The notes under the pieces: model-generated
Told to the model about the DNA's origin: nothing
Seen by the model: the letters and a program-made list of their open reading frames with translations, nothing else
The model's database searches: none
Translations under genes and position numbers: made by a program
Assembly: GCA_963702985.1 (NCBI GenBank)
Contig: OY969777.1
Coordinates: 2,662,819 to 2,726,818, forward strand
Direction: 5' to 3'
DNA length: 64,000 nt
Source of the DNA: an uncultured Verrucomicrobiae bacterium
GTDB lineage: Bacteria > Verrucomicrobiota > Verrucomicrobiia > Methylacidiphilales > UBA1321
Shown: in pieces, positions 20,773 to 30,734 of the stretch
How positions within the stretch are numbered: position 1 is the first letter of the stretch
How the letters are laid out: every line of letters starts with the position of its first letter

Positions 20773-21987
20773 TTATCCATCGCCGCGCGCATTTTCCGCC
20801 TGCGCATGGATCGCCGTGGTGACCTCCCGAATCCAGTCGTCCGCCGCCCGGGATGCGGTCAATTCGGAAGTGATCAGCGCGGATGCGTCAGGGGTATTTT
20901 TGCGCGAGGTCCAGTCGAGGATGGCCTCGGCCAGCGCCTCGGGATTATCCGGCGGCACGACGGAACCGCAACCGGTCGATTGGACCCAGTGGGCCGCGCC
21001 GGTGGTTTCGGTGACGACGACGGGACGTCCCAGAGCAAGGGCCTCGATGGTGGTGCGGGAAAACGTTTCGATCCGCGAGGGACAGACCACCACCCGCGCG
21101 CGGCGAATCTGGTCGATGACCGAGGACGGCGCCAGGCGGCCCGGCGATTCAAGGCGATCCGCCAGCAGAGGCGCGGAAGCCAGTTCCTGCACCGTCGCGC
21201 GAAACGAGGGGTCTTCCGATGTCTCGGGCCCGACGAGCACGAACGTCCAGCCAGGCAACTTGGGCGCGAGAAGAATCGCCGCGCGCAAAAAGACATCCGG
21301 GGCCTTTATGCGATTGAGCGCGCCGAGAAACAAAATGCGCTGTGTCTCTCTCGCCGGTATGTCGGCCGGCGATGCGGCGAGACTCAGGAAGGGAGCGGTG
21401 AGATGAATCCGGCATTGGCCGATTTTATTTTCTGGCACGCCGTATTCGCGCTCGAGCCATGTCGCGGTCGGGACCGAATTCGCGACGACGCGGGCCGATT
21501 TGCGGAAGACAAATCCAAGGCTCGATTTTCGGACGAAGCGGACGCCTTTGAGACGAAACCGGTAGCGTAAACCGTGGACCTGCGTGATAAGGGGAGGAAA
21601 TCCGCCCGTGAGGCAAGCCAGGGCGCAGGCGAGGCCGTCCGGCTCCTCGCATTGGGCGACGACCGCGTCGAACGGGCCGTGCTGTCGCGCAAAACGCCGG
21701 ATGACGGCTGCATCCGTGGCGGCTTTGCGGTAGCCGGCCCAGGGCTTGATGATCTTGTCGAGCGGCGAAAGCGCGAGGTTGCGGCCTTCGCGGGAAAAGA
21801 CGTGGACATTCAGCCCGTCGATGGGACGCGGCTCGGGGTCGGGCCCGGCGTCCGCGGCCTGGGAAAGAACGGTGAGATCGACGCCCTTTGCGGCGATGGC
21901 CCGGGCCAGTTCGCCGAAGAAACCGGGCGTTCCTCCGTTGCGGCGGCGTTCTTCCCAGAACCAGCGTGAGATCATCAAGACTTTCAT
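20773..21987 (-). CDS. Glycosyltransferase family 4
   Basis: CPSRIETFSRTTIEALALGRPVV (E-x7-E). Confidence 0.9.
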   Translation of the reverse strand: MKVLMISRWFWEERRRNGGTPGFFGELARAIAAKGVDLTVLSQAADAGPDPEPRPIDGLNVHVFSREGRNLALSPLDKIIKPWAGYRKAATDAAVIRRFARQHGPFDAVVAQCEEPDGLACALACLTGGFPPLITQVHGLRYRFRLKGVRFVRKSSLGFVFRKSARVVANSVPTATWLEREYGVPENKIGQCRIHLTAPFLSLAASPADIPARETQRILFLGALNRIKAPDVFLRAAILLAPKLPGWTFVLVGPETSEDPSFRATVQELASAPLLADRLESPGRLAPSSVIDQIRRARVVVCPSRIETFSRTTIEALALGRPVVVTETTGAAHWVQSTGCGSVVPPDNPEALAEAILDWTSRKNTPDASALITSELTASRAADDWIREVTTAIHAQAENARGDG

Positions 21988-21997
21988 CGCGAGGGAT

Positions 21998-23110
21998 TCA
22001 TTTGAGAAGGGATTCGAGAAACTGCTTCATCGACACGCCCTGATTTTTCCAAAGGAACTGGCCCGCCCAGGCCTGGGCCGCGCCGCGATCGATGCCTCGC
22101 CGCGTCAGGGACCGCACGGCGGCGGCGAGGGCCTCGGGTGATCCGCTCGGGACCAGGTCCACCCACCCGCCGACGCTTAATTGATCAAAGACGGGGATTT
22201 GGCTGGCGACGATCCCCTTGCCCGCCGCCGAGTACTCGAGCAGTTTCAAGGGAAAGGTGTAAAGCGCGCTGCGCGGTTCGAGCAGGTTCGGCATGAGTCC
22301 AATATTGGCTTTTTGCAGAAAGGGGCTGAGCGCGTCGCGATTGATCTGGCCGAGGAAGGTGACGTTGGCGGGGGCGTTCCGGCGGAGAAGTTCGAGCGGG
22401 TTCCCCTCGCCGCCGAGGACGGTCAGATGAAATTCCGGCAGGAGGCGCATCGCTTCGATGGCGACCGGGACGCCCTTCCAGGGTTGCAGGCTGCCTGCGT
22501 AAATCAACTCGTGCGTGTCGGGCGGCACCGAGGAGTCGAGCAGCATCGTCTTGTCGATGCCGTCGTGCTGGACGCGGATGGGAACGCGGAGGGCGAAGCG
22601 GGTTTGCAGGCTTTCGGCGAGGTAGCTGGAGATGGCGACCACGCCGCGGACGCGCGCGTAAACCCGGCGTTCCATTTCGAGCAGCTTTCGGTGACGGGGG
22701 CTGGTTTCGGGATAGTTGTCGGCGAAGATTTCGTGGGCTTCGAAGACCAGCGGCAAAGGCGGATATTTTTTCGCGATATAATCGGCCGCCTTCAGGTGCA
22801 TGGTGAAAACGAGGTCGGGTTTGAGGGAGGGAATGAGCCGGTCGAGTTGTCGAAAAAACCACGCGCCGCTGCGGATTTTTACGGGACCGAGCGAGACTTG
22901 TCGCTTGATCCACGCGATCTTCAAACGGTTGTTTTCACTGCCGCCAAAAAAATCGTGAAGGTGTTGCGGATTGGCCAGGCGGGGCGAGGGCGCGGCGGCG
23001 AGGGTGACGTCGCAACCGGCGGCGGCCAGGCTTTCGGCCAGGCGATAGACGTGGTATTCGCGGGCGAAGCGGCCGGTAAATTCTTCAGGAAAAATGTAGA
23101 GAAGTTTCAC
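21998..23110 (-). CDS. Glycosyltransferase family 4
   Basis: YAGSLQPWKG, FPLKLLEYSAAGK. Confidence 0.9.
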   Translation of the reverse strand: MKLLYIFPEEFTGRFAREYHVYRLAESLAAAGCDVTLAAAPSPRLANPQHLHDFFGGSENNRLKIAWIKRQVSLGPVKIRSGAWFFRQLDRLIPSLKPDLVFTMHLKAADYIAKKYPPLPLVFEAHEIFADNYPETSPRHRKLLEMERRVYARVRGVVAISSYLAESLQTRFALRVPIRVQHDGIDKTMLLDSSVPPDTHELIYAGSLQPWKGVPVAIEAMRLLPEFHLTVLGGEGNPLELLRRNAPANVTFLGQINRDALSPFLQKANIGLMPNLLEPRSALYTFPLKLLEYSAAGKGIVASQIPVFDQLSVGGWVDLVPSGSPEALAAAVRSLTRRGIDRGAAQAWAGQFLWKNQGVSMKQFLESLLK

Positions 23111-23182
23111 GCCGGAGGATTGGAGCCTATCTCAGAACGAGACCATTTCCCAACGCTATTGGTACCGATGTCAAGCCATCGT

Positions 23183-23320
23183 GTAGCCCGGACAACTTGT
23201 TGTCCGGGTGGCCGAAGGCCACAAGAAGCCACCGAAAAGTGACGAAGAGGGTTGAGTGGATATATTTTTGGCTGCCTCTTGTGCGCTACGCGCACCCGGA
23301 CAATAAGTTGTCCGGGCTAC
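23183..23320. repeat. GTAG-REP inverted doublet (REPIN-like)
   Basis: GTAGCCCGGACAACTTGTTGTCCGGG ... CCCGGACAATAAGTTGTCCGGGCTAC. Confidence 0.75.
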
Positions 23321-23368
23321 CCAACGCAATCATATCATTCACACTACCAAGTGGTCCGAACCGTTTTT

Positions 23369-24487
23369 TTAAACTATCAAATCGAGCACCTGTTTCGCCA
23401 CCCGCTCCGCCGAGAACTGTTCGCGCAGGCGGCCGTGCCGGGCCGCATGGTCGGTCCACTCGGGTTCGTGGCGGCGGGCATAAAGACGGCGCAGCGTGGC
23501 GGCAAGCGCGTCGATATCGGGTGCGTGATAGCTCGTGAGATCGCGCTCGGTCAAGAAGTCATTGAGACCGACCTCGTCGGAGAGGAGGAGCGGCAGGCCC
23601 ACGCAGACCGCTTCCAGCGCGCTGATGGGGCACGCGTCCAAGCCGATGGAGGGAACCACGTAAAGGTCGCCGGAGCGCATCAGGTCGGCCAGGGCCGTGG
23701 CGTCGAGTCGGCCGCAAAGGCTCACCCGGTCGGTGAGATTGAGCCGCCGCACCTGCGCGGCGAGGTTTTCCTGCTCCGGCCCGGCGCCCGCGAGGGTCAG
23801 GCGAAAATCGACGGCGGGTTCGCTCCGCAAACGGGCGAGGGCCTCGATGAGATGCGAGAAGCCTTTCCAGCCGATGAGCCGTCCGCTGGCCACCAGATGC
23901 CAGGGGGCCGAGCCATTGCGGAGGGGAGCGTTGGCGGCGGGGCGGAAAACGTCGAGATCAACCGGGTTCGGGATGGAGACTGGCCGCGTTCCCACATGGG
24001 CCTCGGCCAGCAGGGCCACCCTCGGGCTCACGGCAAACGCCGCGTCGACCGCCGGGTAAAAGAGGCGGCCTCCCGCGAAAAAATCGGTGCCGTGAAAACC
24101 CATGATCACTTTCAGGTCCGGGCGCGAACGTTTCCAGAACCAGGCGACCGGCCAGTCGAAGGGCTTGGCCAGGATGACCACGTCGCAGCGCTGCCGCCGC
24201 CAGGCGTGGCGGGACGTCCACGCGAAGTGGAGCCGCTGCACGAGCCGTTGGAAGCGGGTGCCGATGTCGGGAATCGATTTCGTTTCCCAGTAGGGGGAAA
24301 GCTCAAGCGGGATCGTGGTCGCGCGATGGCCGCGTCCCGCTTTCGGCATTCCCCCGAAAAGGACGACCTCGTGTCCCAGCCGCTGCCAGGCCTCGCCCAT
24401 GGTAAACGCGTAGGTCTCGATGCCGCCCACTTCGGGCGAGCCTGGAAAGTCGAAGGTGGCGTTGGGCAGGAACAGGCCGATCTTCAC
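23369..24487 (-). CDS. Glycosyltransferase family 4
   Basis: GGIE N-terminal motif, SGRLIGWKG, PSIGLDACPISALEA. Confidence 0.9.
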   Translation of the reverse strand: MKIGLFLPNATFDFPGSPEVGGIETYAFTMGEAWQRLGHEVVLFGGMPKAGRGHRATTIPLELSPYWETKSIPDIGTRFQRLVQRLHFAWTSRHAWRRQRCDVVILAKPFDWPVAWFWKRSRPDLKVIMGFHGTDFFAGGRLFYPAVDAAFAVSPRVALLAEAHVGTRPVSIPNPVDLDVFRPAANAPLRNGSAPWHLVASGRLIGWKGFSHLIEALARLRSEPAVDFRLTLAGAGPEQENLAAQVRRLNLTDRVSLCGRLDATALADLMRSGDLYVVPSIGLDACPISALEAVCVGLPLLLSDEVGLNDFLTERDLTSYHAPDIDALAATLRRLYARRHEPEWTDHAARHGRLREQFSAERVAKQVLDLIV

Positions 24488-24693
24488 GGGGCAAACTCTC
24501 CAATGGCGGACAACAAGTCAATCCCGGATATGGCTTTCATCGATCGGGAATGATGAGGATTTGCCCCGCGGCCTCGCCGCGGGCGGCCGTCACGCGACGC
24601 GGCACCGGGACGGATGAACGAGTGCGGAAGCCATGGCTCGCCGCGCATCACCGTCGCTTCGGATGCGTCGCCAAATCAGCAGGGTCAATCCGG

Positions 24694-25922
24694 TCATCCC
24701 AGCAGGTTGTGCACGTCCTTCAATTTCGACACGATGTTGATGTCGGCCTTGCAGGCGGGCATGCAGTCGCCGCAGGCGATGCAGGAAGTTCCATTCTTGG
24801 TGAGCGTCTTGTATTCGGCGCGCGCCCGTGAAAGTTCGTGGTAGTCGAGGGCATAACGCTCGTAGCGAAAGATGTCGGCAATGGCGATGTGTTCCGGGCA
24901 GTGCGAGACGCAGTCGGCGCACAGCAGGCAGGTCATCCCCTTGTTAAAGCCCGCCAGCAGGCCGAGAGTCTCGCGGTCGTTGGCGGTCACGGCGCTCTGC
25001 CGCGCGGCGGCGAGGTTTTCCTGCAACTGGTCGAAGTTTTTCGTGGAGATGACCGCGGCCGTCAGGTTCGGGTTGGACATCAGCCATTTCACCATGGCCG
25101 CGCCGGGCGTGCTGCCCGCTGAATCGCGGTTCGGCCAGCATGGCCTGGAATTTTTTGTCCTCGGCCGCCCTTCCCGACCCCGCCCATGGTTTTCATGGCG
25201 ATGGTGCCGAAATCCTTCTGCTTGGCCAGGGCGAGAACATCGTCAAGTTCCTTCTTGTCGCCGTAGGTGTAGAAGAACTGGGCGGCCTCGTAAGGCGAAT
25301 TATCGATGAGATAGGGAATGATGTCGTAGGCCATGTCGCCGCCGATGTTGTTGTAATGATGCTGGGAAATGCAGAGGTGCTTCACCAGCCCTTCTTTTTT
25401 CAGCCGGTCGAAGGCCCGGACCATTCCCATCTCTGTTTTCGCCTCGTCCACGGAATGGTAGCCGAAGTGGAACTTGAACACGTCGTAATAGCCCACGCCC
25501 GAATCCGCGACGCATTTCTTGACGAATTGATAATGCCGCTCCTCGTCGATGCGCCCGTGCGCGTTATCGCCATCGACGCGGTCCACGACAACTTCGAGGT
25601 AATAGGACTCCCGGGGCTGGCTCTTGATCGCGGCGGGCATGGTCTGGGAATTCCAGCGCTGCGCTTTGTGCCAGTAGTTCACCCCCGCGTCCACCGCCAG
25701 CGGGATCACATCGGGGCCCCAGTCGGACGCGCCCACCAGCGCGCTGATCTCCAGCCCGGTCCGGCCATAGCGTCGTCGCGGCAGTTTGCCCGCGGTGGTT
25801 TCCGCGCCAGAAGCATTTAATGTCGCCCAATCGGCCAGGGCGATGCCCGCCGCGCCGGTTGATCCGATCCGGATGAAATCCCTCCGGGTCAGCCCTTTTG
25901 TGTTTTGATTGCCGTCATCCAT
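24694..25922 (-). CDS. Tat-exported aldo/keto reductase-family protein with C-terminal Fe-S Cys motifs (two frameshifts near 25170 and 25115)
   Basis: TRRDFIR Tat motif; RRYGRTGLEIS; IAMKTMGG; CLLCADCVSHCP and CIACGDCMPAC. Confidence 0.85.
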
Positions 25923-26029
25923 GGGATTTGTCTCCGTTTTAAGTTTAAGACAGCTACGGGGGAATTCCGACAATGGGTATTGTGGCGCGAGCCGGGGCAA
26001 AAAACAAGCCCGCAAGTCGCCCGATTCTT

Positions 26030-26962
26030 TTACAATCCGGCTCTTTTTGTTTTCACCAGCGAAGCGGTCACGGCCACGGCCAGGATTGTTCCCACAATGA
26101 TTAAAGAGGCTTCCGTCGGGATGTGATAAAACTTTTCGCCGACCATCTTCGCGCCAACAAAAATCAGCACGCAGGCCAGGCCCGTGTGGAGGTAAACCAG
26201 GCTTTTCACCGCGCCGGCCAGCAGGAAGTAGAGCGAGCGCAGGCCGAGGATCGCGCAGACGTTCGACGTGTAGACGATGAACGGATCGCGAGTCACGCCG
26301 AAGATCGCGGGAATCGAATCGAGGGCGAAAACCAGGTCGGTCAATTCCACCACCACCAGCACGAGAAAAAAAAGGGTCAGCTTCAACCGGCCGCCCTCCC
26401 GCACGACGAAGCGGCCGCCGTGATCGCCGGAACTCAGCGGCAGGAGGCGCCGCGCGAGCCTCACGACCCCATGGCGCTCAACGTTCACTTCAGCCCGGGC
26501 CTGGTGGAACAGCATATGGAAGCCCGCGTAAAGGATGTACGCGCCGAAAAAGTAGATCACCCACTCGAAGGTCCTCAGCAGCGCGACGCCCGCCCCGATC
26601 ATCGCCCCGCGCATGACCATCGCGCCAAGCACGCCCCAGAACAGGAGCCGGTGCTGCTGGTCGGAGGCGATTTTGAACGAGGCGAAAATGAGCGCGAAGA
26701 TAAAAATATTATCGACGCTCAACGCGTACTCGATCAGGTAGCCCGTGAAAAATTCGAGCCCCTTGCCCGTCCCTTCCCGATGCGTGATCCAGAGGCCGAA
26801 CCCGGCGGCGAGCGCGATCCAGACCAGCGTGGCCGCCAGCGATTCCCGGATCGAAATCGCGCGCCGTTCGCGATGCAGCACGGCCAGGTCGAGCGCCACC
26901 AACCCCAGCACGACCGCGTTGAAGCCGATCCACAAGGCGGGCGATGTTTGCATCGGCGGCAT
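26030..26962 (-). CDS. TerC/Alx family membrane protein
   Basis: GYLIEYALSVDNIF, DLVFALDSIPAIFGVT, SNVCAILGLRSLYF. Confidence 0.92.
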   Translation of the reverse strand: MPPMQTSPALWIGFNAVVLGLVALDLAVLHRERRAISIRESLAATLVWIALAAGFGLWITHREGTGKGLEFFTGYLIEYALSVDNIFIFALIFASFKIASDQQHRLLFWGVLGAMVMRGAMIGAGVALLRTFEWVIYFFGAYILYAGFHMLFHQARAEVNVERHGVVRLARRLLPLSSGDHGGRFVVREGGRLKLTLFFLVLVVVELTDLVFALDSIPAIFGVTRDPFIVYTSNVCAILGLRSLYFLLAGAVKSLVYLHTGLACVLIFVGAKMVGEKFYHIPTEASLIIVGTILAVAVTASLVKTKRAGL

Positions 26963-26994
26963 GGTAGCGTGGGTCGGGGATCGTCGTAAAGGGA

Positions 26995-27053
26995 ATGGGA
27001 CTTATACGACACAGGGGACCTATAGGTCTTATGAGTCCCATAAGTCCTATAAG
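26995..27053. repeat. Degenerate ~9-bp periodic repeat, same family as 16412
   Basis: ATGGGACTT...CCTATAGGTCTTATGAGTCCCATAAGTCCTATAAG. Confidence 0.6.
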
Positions 27054-27140
27054 AATTCCCCCTCTGGCACAACTCTTGCGGAAAAAGTCGCGTTTTCCGT
27101 TTACAAGCTGTAATACCGCACGCAGTTTTCTCTGTCCCCC

Positions 27141-29914
27141 ATGTCCACCCCACCTCCTGAAAACACGTCCGACAGCCTCTCGACGGAAATCCGCAAGCTG
27201 GGCCGTATTTTGGGCGAGATCATCGTCAAGCTTGAGGGCAGGGACATCTTCGACCTCGAGGAACGGCTCCGCCTGCTGGCCAAAAGCAGCCGCGCCGGCG
27301 ACGCCGATGCCGAGCGGGCGCTGCGCGACGCGGTCAGCCGGCTCACCGTGTCCGAGGCGGCCCGCATGGCCATGGCCTTCACGGTCTACTTCGAGCTGGT
27401 CAACCTGGCCGAGGAAACGCACCGCGTCCGCCTGCTGCGCCAGCGTCGGCGCGCCCAATATGCGGCGCCCGGCAACCCGCCGATGCGCGAATCGATCGGC
27501 GCGGCCTTGCGCGAACTCAAGGCCCGCAACGTCCCGGCGGAAACGGTGCAAATGCTGCTCGACAAACTTTCCATCGAGCTGGTCTTCACCGCCCACCCGA
27601 CCGAGGCCAAACGCCGCACCATGCTCAACAAGCTCCAGCGGCTCGCGCAACGGCTCCATAATCCCGACGCCTTCATCGAGGATGAGATTACCGGCATCGC
27701 CAATCCCCGCGCGCTGGAACGCGAAATCACCTCCCTCTGGCTGACCGACCGCACCCGCATCGACCCGTCCGGAAGTCACCGATGAAGTCCTCACCGGCCT
27801 CTGGTATTTCGAAACGACCCTGTGGCAGACCGTGCCCTTGTTGCAGGACGAACTCGAACGCGCCCTGGCCGACACCTATCCCACGGTCAAGGCCCCCACG
27901 CGCTGGATCACCTTCGGCTCCTGGATGGGCGGAGACCGCGACGGCAACCCCAATGTGACCCCGGCGGTTACGGCGGTGACGCTGATGCTTCACCGGCGGC
28001 TTGCCCTCGAGAAAGTTCAAATCTCTCTGCGCAACCTTTCCCGCCAGCTTTCCATTTCCTCCCGGCTCGATGGCATCTCGCCGGAGCTGGCGCAACGCCT
28101 CCGGGCCAACGAGCAGACCGATTCCCATGTCCGGGCCCTTTACGAGCGTTACCCTTACGAGCCGTACCGGCTGGCGCTGGCCGGGATGCGCGCCCGGCTG
28201 ATCGAAGCGGGAAGAGCCGAGAGACCGCAATGGCTGCTCCATCCCGAGGCCGGGGATGCCCGGATGTCCCCTCTGAAAACCGGCGAGGTCGCGGAACTGC
28301 TCGATCTCATCAGCGAAAGCCTGTCCACCCACCGCGCCGCCCTGCTGGCCGAGGGCGAACTTCACCGGCTCCGCCAGCAGGTCGCGCTCTTTGGCCTCAG
28401 TGTCGCCCGGCTCGATGTCCGCCAGCATTCCGGACGTCACGAAAGCGCGATGACGGAAATTCTGCGCGCGCTCGATCTCGCGGCGGATTATTCCGCGCTC
28501 CCCGAGGAACAACGGCTCGCCCTTCTGCTTCAGGTCCTGGCCCGGCCGGCGCCGAAACTGCCGGATGACTTCACGCCCGAAACCGGCGACGTCATCGGTT
28601 CGCTCCGCGTCCTAAAACGGGCCATCGAGCTTTTCGGCGAAGAGGCCGTCGGCGTCTACATCATCAGCATGACGCACGATCTTTCCGACATCATCGAGAT
28701 CCTGGTCTTCCAGCACCTGGTGGGCGTCTCGCTCGACATCGCCCCGCTTTTCGAAACGCTCGGCGATCTGGAGGCCGCGCCGGGAATCCTCAACCGGATG
28801 TTCGATTGCGCGCCGTACAGAAGCCATCTCCGCGCCCGCCGCGATCACCAGCAGATCATGCTCGGCTACTCCGACAGCAACAAGGATTGCGGCTACCTCA
28901 CCGCCAACTGGGCGCTTTTCCAGGCCCAGGAAACCATCTCGGTCGTCTGCAAAAAACGGGGCCTGGGCCTGACGCTGTTCCACGGACGCGGCGGCAGCAT
29001 CGCCCGCGGCGGCGGTCCGGCGGCCAAGGCGATCCTGGCGCAGCCCCGCGGTTGTTACGACGCCAAGATTCGCGTGACCGAGCAGGGCGAAGTCCTCTCC
29101 ACGCGCTACCACGATCCCGACCTCGCTTTCCGCATCATCGAGCAGATGGCCTACGGCGTTCTCCTCGCGGCCGAGGCGGCCCAGAAGGAGGCGCAGGTGC
29201 CCGAGGCCTGGCGCGCCGCCATGACGGAAATGTCGCAAGCTGGCGTACGGGGCGTATGAAGCGCTCGTGCACAAGGACCCCGAGTTCATCGAATTCTGGC
29301 GCACGGCGACGCCCATCGAGGAGATCAGCGGCCTCAAGCTCGGCTCGCGTCCGACCTTCCGCAAAGCCACCAAATCGGTCGAGGATTTACGGGCCATTCC
29401 GTGGGTCTTTTCCTGGATGCAGAGCCGCTTTGTTTTCCCCGGCTGGTACGGACTCGGCAGCGCGCTCGATCGGTTCGCCGCCAAAGGCCCGGAGCAGGCG
29501 GAACTGTTGCGCGCAATGTACCGGGAATGGATGTTCTTCAAGGCCACGATCGACAACGCGCAGTTGACGCTGCTCAAGGCCGACATGCGGATCGCCTCCC
29601 ATTACGCGCTGCTCGTGCCGGAGGAATCGATCCGCATCCGGATCTTCGACGCCATCGCCTCGGAATTTTCGCGCACCGTGCGGGCCATTCTCGCCGTCAC
29701 CAGCCAGAAGACGCTCCTCGAGCGCGAGCCGGTCCTCGCCAAATCGGTGCAGCTTCGCAATCCCTACATCGATCCGCTCAACTACATCCAAGTCGAGATG
29801 ATCCGCCGTTTGCGCGGCCTGGAAAACAAGCACGGCGAGGAGGCCGACGCCCTGCGCGCCGTGATCGAGCTGACCATCAACGGCGTTAGCGGCGGCCTGA
29901 AGAATACGGGCTGA
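27141..29914 (+). CDS. ppc: Phosphoenolpyruvate carboxylase (frameshifts near 27763 and 29236)
   Basis: VFTAHPTE, WMGGDRDGNP, MLGYSDSNKD, FHGRGGSIARGGGP, LRAIPWVFSW, GLKNTG. Confidence 0.95.
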
Positions 29915-29923
29915 TCTGTAAAT

Positions 29924-29948
29924 GTAGCGGCGGTCTGTGACCGTCGCT
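29924..29948. repeat. Single GTAG-REP hairpin
   Basis: GTAGCGGCGGTCTGTGACCGTCGCT; second copy at 35935-35959. Confidence 0.65.
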
Positions 29949-29950
29949 AA

Positions 29951-30101
29951 TACCATTTCTCAATAAAATTTATTCTTTACCCTTCCGTCATCCCGAGCTT
30001 GTCGAGGGATCAGTTCCGCCTCGGTAAAACCCCTCCGAACTGATCCTTCGACAAGCTCAGGATGACCGATTGTTTAGACCAAAATCAATTTGGAATTGGT
30101 A
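29951..30101. mobile_element. MITE family A, copy 2 (inverted relative to copy 1)
   Basis: Reverse complement of 7597-7747, TAA on both sides; a degenerate sibling end follows at about 30115-30178. Confidence 0.85.
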
Positions 30102-30188
30102 TAATTTCCCCCTTCTGTCATCCTTGCTTGTCGAAGGATGACGGATTGTTTAGACCAAGATCAATTTGGAAAGGGTATTGCCCTTCCG

Positions 30189-30614
30189 TTATTGCGCGGC
30201 CATGAAGTCGGCGCGGTTGAGGCGGATCCACTTGCCGTCGGCGCCCTTTTCGTAAATAAAATTGGCCATTCGGTTTGCGGTGATGAAGACGCCCTTGGGA
30301 ATTTCGTTGGAACTGATGATGGCGTCGTCATAGCCATAATGCTCGACGTCTTTCTGGGCAATTTTCCAGACCTCATCAACTTCCTGGCTCAGGTCTTTGC
30401 GTTCGTCGAACGAGAGAGTCGTCTGGTAACGCACCATCAACGCCATCACGCCCTTCGAGTACTCGACTTTCGAAACGCTGAGAATCTTCGCCGTTCGACC
30501 GGAAGGCAGCTTCAGCAATTGGTTCGCCGCCAGCGGGGCCGCTTGGGAACGGGGAACAGTCAACAGAAGGAGGGCGAATCCCAACAGGAAGGTCAAAAGG
30601 GTGCGTCGATTCAT
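30189..30614 (-). CDS. Hypothetical exported protein
   Basis: Start MNRRTLL, signal peptide. Confidence 0.7.
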   Translation of the reverse strand: MNRRTLLTFLLGFALLLLTVPRSQAAPLAANQLLKLPSGRTAKILSVSKVEYSKGVMALMVRYQTTLSFDERKDLSQEVDEVWKIAQKDVEHYGYDDAIISSNEIPKGVFITANRMANFIYEKGADGKWIRLNRADFMAAQ

Positions 30615-30734
30615 AAAGTAAGTAGCGGGACTCAAGCGAAGTGGAGCGGTTTTGGCAAGCCTAGTCATGTGGGAAAGCTATAAGCAAATCTTACACCAGC
30701 ATTTGTTTTTTTTCGCGTCTCGCCTCCGTCATCC

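Noticed and set aside
26962-27140. yybP-ykoY Mn riboswitch upstream of the TerC gene
   Set aside because: No recognisable consensus by eye; the region is occupied by the 9-bp repeat. An Infernal scan would settle it.
27141-29914. Programmed frameshifting or pseudogenisation of ppc, pheS and murA
   Set aside because: No slippery sites or further decay are visible, and essential genes are affected; error is more parsimonious.
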